A DNA stretch of 63,928 nucleotides, counting the filler, from Saprolegnia diclina VS20 (Eukaryota): NCBI RefSeq assembly GCF_000281045.1. It is 3 parts of 2 records of this genome, joined end to end, with 100 filler letters (N's around TTAATTAATTAA, not from the genome) between each part and the next. Parts side by side here need not be neighbours in the genome. Positions count along the whole stretch, not along the records: positions 40,110 to 63,928 come from NW_008246150.1; 2 more parts are not named here. The stretch is one strand, 5' to 3'. The notes below the pieces were generated by a model. It ran no database searches and was not told the DNA's origin. It saw only the letters and a program-made list of their open reading frames with translations. Shown here piece by piece: positions 59,400 through 63,928 of this stretch. Made by a program: the position numbers and the translations under genes. How positions within the stretch are numbered: position 1 is the first letter of the stretch; each line of letters begins with the position of its first letter.

Positions 59400-60192
59400 T
59401 AGAGGCAACCACGAACCGCGCAGCGTGGATCAAGCACATGGACGACCTCGACAAGGTCGTGAACGATCAGATCGACTTTATCCGAGACGGGTTGGCGCAC
59501 GTCGGGCATTTCACCAAGATGGACGTGCTCCCAGTGTTCGAAAATGAAATGCGAGTTCTCGAAGAAGCACGCGCCAAGCTCCACGAGGCGGTTGATATGG
59601 CGCGCCGCAGCCGTGGTCAGTTCCGAGACGAGATTTTGCCCAAGTTACGGGAGCGGTCGGCCAAGGTGCTTCGATTGTACACGGCGAAGCTGCGGACTCT
59701 CTGGCGACGCAGTGACGACTTCGACAACATGGACAACCACGACCAGTGCATGCTTCTCTTTCAGCTCAACCAACACTCGACGCTCGACGATGTACTCACC
59801 AAAATGACTGCGGCCATCATGGCGGCTGTCTCCAAGGAAGTCCCACAGCAACGCCCGAATGCGACGACAACGACAAGGCAACCACCAACGAGCGCGAGAT
59901 AGAGGGTGGAGCTTTGCACGACACAGCGACAAGTCCGACCCAGCAGATCGCTGCGATGGCGGCGCAGCTGGAAACGGTGACGAACAAGTTGGAAGCAGTG
60001 ACGAGCCACAACACCGCGATGGAAGCCAAATTGGAAGCAGTGACAAAACAGAACGCTACCATGTCGGCCGAGTTGCAGTCGATAACGGGTCAGCTGACGA
60101 CGATGGCGACGCAGCAGGCAGCAATGGTCTCCCTTTTGAGCGCAATGGGCCATCGTGAGCACCGAGCTCCAGCAACACTAAGCTTAGCCTAA
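59400..60192 (+). pseudogene. Orphan 3' fragment of a further TRP-like paralogue with a frameshift (~59850-59880)
   Basis: RAAWIKHMDDLDKVV...HVGHFT...ARRSRGQF...DHDQCMLLFQLNQ is colinear with paralogue 3. There are no TM exons upstream, and the coiled-coil tail is in another frame. Confidence 0.75.
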
Positions 60193-61689
60193 CGCTGTAC
60201 GCGACAAATTCAACCATGATATTGACATTGAATTGGAAGCGAAAAGGCGTGTTCTGTTGCCAGTATTATATGGAGGTCTGACAATTCATGGGAGGACGTG
60301 CATGTGGAGCTCCTCAACATCTGTCATGTGATATGTCGTCGCTGGCTTCCCATGGCAACGCAGCCAGCAGGTGGTTGCATGTAGTCTCCTGCTGCTCAGA
60401 AGCGGCTCGGAGAGTGACAATACTCATCAAATCCCGAGTTCGGGGGGTTGGGGGAAAGAGGTGTGCTCTATCAGCCCCGGGGGAAGAGCTGTTAAGCCAA
60501 AAAGACTGCCTGTTCAAACCATCTGGTTTGCGTGCACTTGGACATCTGTCGTCACTGGCTTCGCCCATCAAGGCCCATCTGCTCATGGTGCAATTGCGAC
60601 ACAGCAACGGCGAGGTCGGCGTTTTTAGCAGGCGAAGCAGATGGTGACAACCCATTACCAGTCATAAATACGTACTGATATATCTCAGATGTCGAAATCG
60701 AACGTGAATCGGCATCGTTCGAGCCGAATGTCGACGCCTCGAAGAAACATTTTTACCTCTGGGACTCGTAGCGCTGACTACACCGAATAAAANNNNNNNN
60801 NNNNNNNNNNNNNNNNNNNNNNNNNNNNNNNNNNNNNNNNNNNNNNNNNNNNNNNNNNNNNNNNNNNNNNNNNNNNNNNNNNNNNNNNNNNNNNNNNNNN
60901 NNNNNNNNNNNNNNNNNNNNNNNNNNNNNNNNNNNNNNNNNNNNNNNNNNNNNNNNNNNNNNNNNNNNNNNNNNNNNNNNNNNNNNNNNNNNNNNNNNNN
61001 NNNNNNNNNNNNNNNNNNNNNNNNNNNNNNNNNNNNNNNNNNNNNNNNNNNNNNNNNNNNNNNNNNNNNNNNNNNNNNNNNNNNNNNNNNNNNNNNNNNN
61101 NNNNNNNNNNNNNNNNNNNNNNNNNNNNNNNNNNNNNNNNNNNNNNNNNNNNNNNNNNNNNNNNNNNNNNNNNNNNNNNNNNNNNNNNNNNNNNNNNNNN
61201 NNNNNNNNNNNNNNNNNNNNNNNNNNNNNNNNNNNNNNNNNNNNNNNNNNNNNNNNNNNNNNNNNNNNNNNNNNNNNNNNNNNNNNNNNNNNNNNNNNNN
61301 NNNNNNNNNNNNNNNNNNNNNNNNNNNNNNNNNNNNNNNNNNNNNNNNNNNNNNNNNNNNNNNNNNNNNNNNNNNNNNNNNNNNNNNNNNNNNNNNNNNN
61401 NNNNNNNNNNNNNNNNNNNNNNNNNNNNNNNNNNNNNNNNNNNNNNNNNNNNNNNNNNNNNNNNNNNNNNNNNNNNNNNNNNNNNNNNNNNNNNNNNNNN
61501 NNNNNNNNNNNNNNNNNNNNNNNNNNNNNNNNNNNNNNNNNNNNNNNNNNNNNNNNNNNNNNNNNNNNNNNNNNNNNNNNNNNNNNNNNNNNNNNNNNNN
61601 NNNNNNNNNNNNNNNNNNNNNNNNNNNNNNNNNNNNNNNNNNNNNNNNNNNNNNNNNNNNNNNNNNNNNNNNNNNNNNNNNNNNNNNNC

Positions 61690-62334
61690 ATCTACCTCAA
61701 CGGCAAGGACGGCAACCAACCTCTCCAGAAGGTGTGGATCGACCACGTCAAGGTGTCGCTTGTCGGCCGGCAGATGCTCACGATCGACGGCGCTGGCTCC
61801 AACAGCATCACCGTCAGCAACTGCGACTTTGACGGGCAAACGTCGTGGTCGGCGTCGTGCGACGGGCGCCACCACTGGACCAACATCTTTGTGAGCAACC
61901 TCAAGATGAGCTTCCTCAACAACGTCTTCCATCACACATCCGCACGTGCGCCCAAGTTTAGCTCGTCCAACGGTAAGTACAAGCTGCAAGTGCACATGGC
62001 CAACAACTACTGGTACAACAATACGGGTCGCTCGTTCGAGGTCGACGACGCCTACGTGCTTTCGGAAGGCAACTTTTGGGTGTCGACCAAGCAACCCAAC
62101 TTGCCCCAGAAGAAGGGTTCGGTCATGTCGACCAACAACGCCAACAAGGGCAGCTGCAAGGCGGCGCTGGGCCGCGACTGCGTGGTCGATGCGTTTGTCA
62201 ACAGCGGCGCGTTCGTCGGGCACAGCGAGAGCGCCGTGCCGCCCATGATGAAGGGTATTGCAACCGCGTACAAGCCGGGTCCGGCCAAGCGACTTGCGTT
62301 CTCGGCCAAGAACTGGGGTGTCGGCGATTTGTAA
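61690..62334 (+). CDS. Pectin lyase (polysaccharide lyase family 1), 3' part
   Basis: [28 protein letters not shown] and TSARAPK match fungal-type pectin lyase motifs. Confidence 0.9.
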   Translation: MYLNGKDGNQPLQKVWIDHVKVSLVGRQMLTIDGAGSNSITVSNCDFDGQTSWSASCDGRHHWTNIFVSNLKMSFLNNVFHHTSARAPKFSSSNGKYKLQVHMANNYWYNNTGRSFEVDDAYVLSEGNFWVSTKQPNLPQKKGSVMSTNNANKGSCKAALGRDCVVDAFVNSGAFVGHSESAVPPMMKGIATAYKPGPAKRLAFSAKNWGVGDL

Positions 62335-63123
62335 AGAGGACTTGTGACGATGACATTTCGATATTCACAATAATTTGATTTTGTTGGATATTTCTTTCAA
62401 AATATGCACGCGTTTCGGTTTCTTTAATGTCCATGCCCGTGAGGAAGCGGACGGGCTTGGTCACGACGTCCCTTTGTTCGAGGACGTGCAGAGAGTACGA
62501 GCTAAAGAACAGACTGGCCGTTCCAGTCGACGGCGCCCGCTTTGACAGGGTGGTCGCCGCTGTTGACGCCTGCGGTTTGAGCGTGCGCAAGCGCCGTTAT
62601 GATATGGTGCAATGTCTGAGTTGACGCCAGTTCGATGCTACTAACGTTAGCATAGAGTTTCGTGGCGAGTGATTCGCATCCGTTGGCCGCATACTGTATT
62701 TTCAAAAGCTAGTTTTGCTAGTGATAGCACAGACAGCAGGTCGAGCGTCTGCTCACAACTTGGGCTCGTCTGCATTTTGTGCGCTCACAATGGCGTCAAT
62801 AACGCCTGCTTTACGGTATATGAATGTCTGGGATACTTTCGGTACGCGTGAGTCGCTCAGACGGCGAGAATATCATATGGCTTGAATCACCGCCCCAGCC
62901 TCGGACGAGAAGTGGCGGGTTGCTTAACGGGCGCCAAAATCTAAAATGAGAGTGTTTTTGCATCATCGCTCTCCAAAAACCGTCTCGGCTCCATCGTCGC
63001 TGAACAATCCAAGTTGTGTTCAATCATCGATTCGATGCACTCATACAAGTGCGCCTACATGAAACAATACCGGTATATATATGTATTTACATACTACCGA
63101 AATGTCAACGTCAAAAGTCCTCT

Positions 63124-63315
63124 TTACAAATCGCCGACACCCCAGTTCTTGGCCGAGAACGCAAGACGCTTGGCCGGACCCGGCTTGTACGCGGTTGCAA
63201 TACCCTTCATCATGGGCGGCACGGCGCTCTCGCTATGCCCGACGAACGCGCCGCTGTTGACAAACGCATCGACCACACAGTCGCGGCCCAGCGCCGCCTT
63301 GCAGCTGCCCTTGTT
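63124..63315 (-). CDS. Pectin lyase C-terminal fragment, inverted copy
   Basis: NKGSCKAALGRDC...KNWGVGDL* is identical at the protein level to 62143-62334. Confidence 0.85.
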   Translation of the reverse strand, partial: NKGSCKAALGRDCVVDAFVNSGAFVGHSESAVPPMMKGIATAYKPGPAKRLAFSAKNWGVGDL

Positions 63316-63415
63316 NNNNNNNNNNNNNNNNNNNNNNNNNNNNNNNNNNNNNNNNNNNNNNNNNNNNNNNNNNNNNNNNNNNNNNNNNNNNNNNNNNNNN
63401 NNNNNNNNNNNNNNN

Positions 63416-63928
63416 GGCGACAACATCATTCTTCAGAACATTCACATCACCAACCTCAACCCGCACTTGGTCTGGGGTGGCGACGCCATCTACCTCAACG
63501 GCAAGGACGGGACACAACCTCTACAGAAGGTGTGGATCGACCACGTCAAGGTGTCGCTTGTCGGTCGGCAGATGCTCACGACCGACGGCGCTGGCTCCAA
63601 CAGCATCACCGTCAGCAACTGCGACTTTGACGGGCACACGTCGTGGTCGGCGTCGTGCGACGGACACCACTACTGGACCAACATCTTTGTGAGCAACCTC
63701 AAGATGAGCTTCCTCAACAACATCGTCCATCACACATCTGGACGTGCGCCCAAGTTTAGCTCGTCCAAGGGCAAGTACAAGCTGCAAGTGCACATGGCCA
63801 ACAACTACTGGTACGACAACGCGGGCCACTCGCTCGAGGTTGACGACGCCTACGTGCTTTCGGAAGGCAACTTTTGGGCGTCAACCAACCAGCCCAACTT
63901 GCCCGAGGAGAAGGGCTCGGTCATGTCG
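63416..63928 (+). CDS. Pectin lyase (PL1) internal fragment, third copy
   Basis: [27 protein letters not shown]...VWIDH...CDGHHYW...TSGRAPK, open to the window end. Confidence 0.9.

Noticed and set aside
60240..60660. Compositionally distinct stretch as a possible retroelement or viral remnant
   Set aside because: No RT, integrase or other recognisable motif in the frames I read.
1..63928. tRNA/rRNA genes, CRISPR arrays, RxLR/CRN effector motifs
   Set aside because: None recognised by eye. A tRNAscan/Infernal run would be needed to exclude small RNAs.

Overview
This is eukaryotic draft-scaffold DNA, GC-rich, with many ~45-55 bp introns and seven N-gaps. Gene content points to an oomycete, most likely Saprolegniales (inference from the M96-like, WRKY19-like and helicase-associated-repeat families). 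The first ~17 kb is gene-dense: a DUF4203/TMEM198-like membrane protein, NVL/Rix7 AAA ATPase, eIF3m, a C2-domain protein, a WRKY19-like zinc-finger protein, ATP23 protease and an M96-like protein. The rest is duplicated and accessory-like. (i) A 173-bp MITE with TA target duplication whose empty site is visible in a neighbouring duplicate. (ii) A tandem array of 5 long genes plus 2 remnants encoding 2OG-Fe(II)-oxygenase-derived proteins that appear to have lost the metal ligands and carry basic NLS-like termini. (iii) A helicase-associated (HA) repeat protein. (iv) Three ankyrin-repeat TRP-like channel genes plus two fragments, with a TRPM-like pore motif, no TRP-box Trp, and a beta-rich/Cys4 domain inserted into one paralogue. 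(v) Three partial pectin lyase copies. All homology calls come from motif recognition by eye, not from searches. Exon boundaries of multi-exon genes are approximate.
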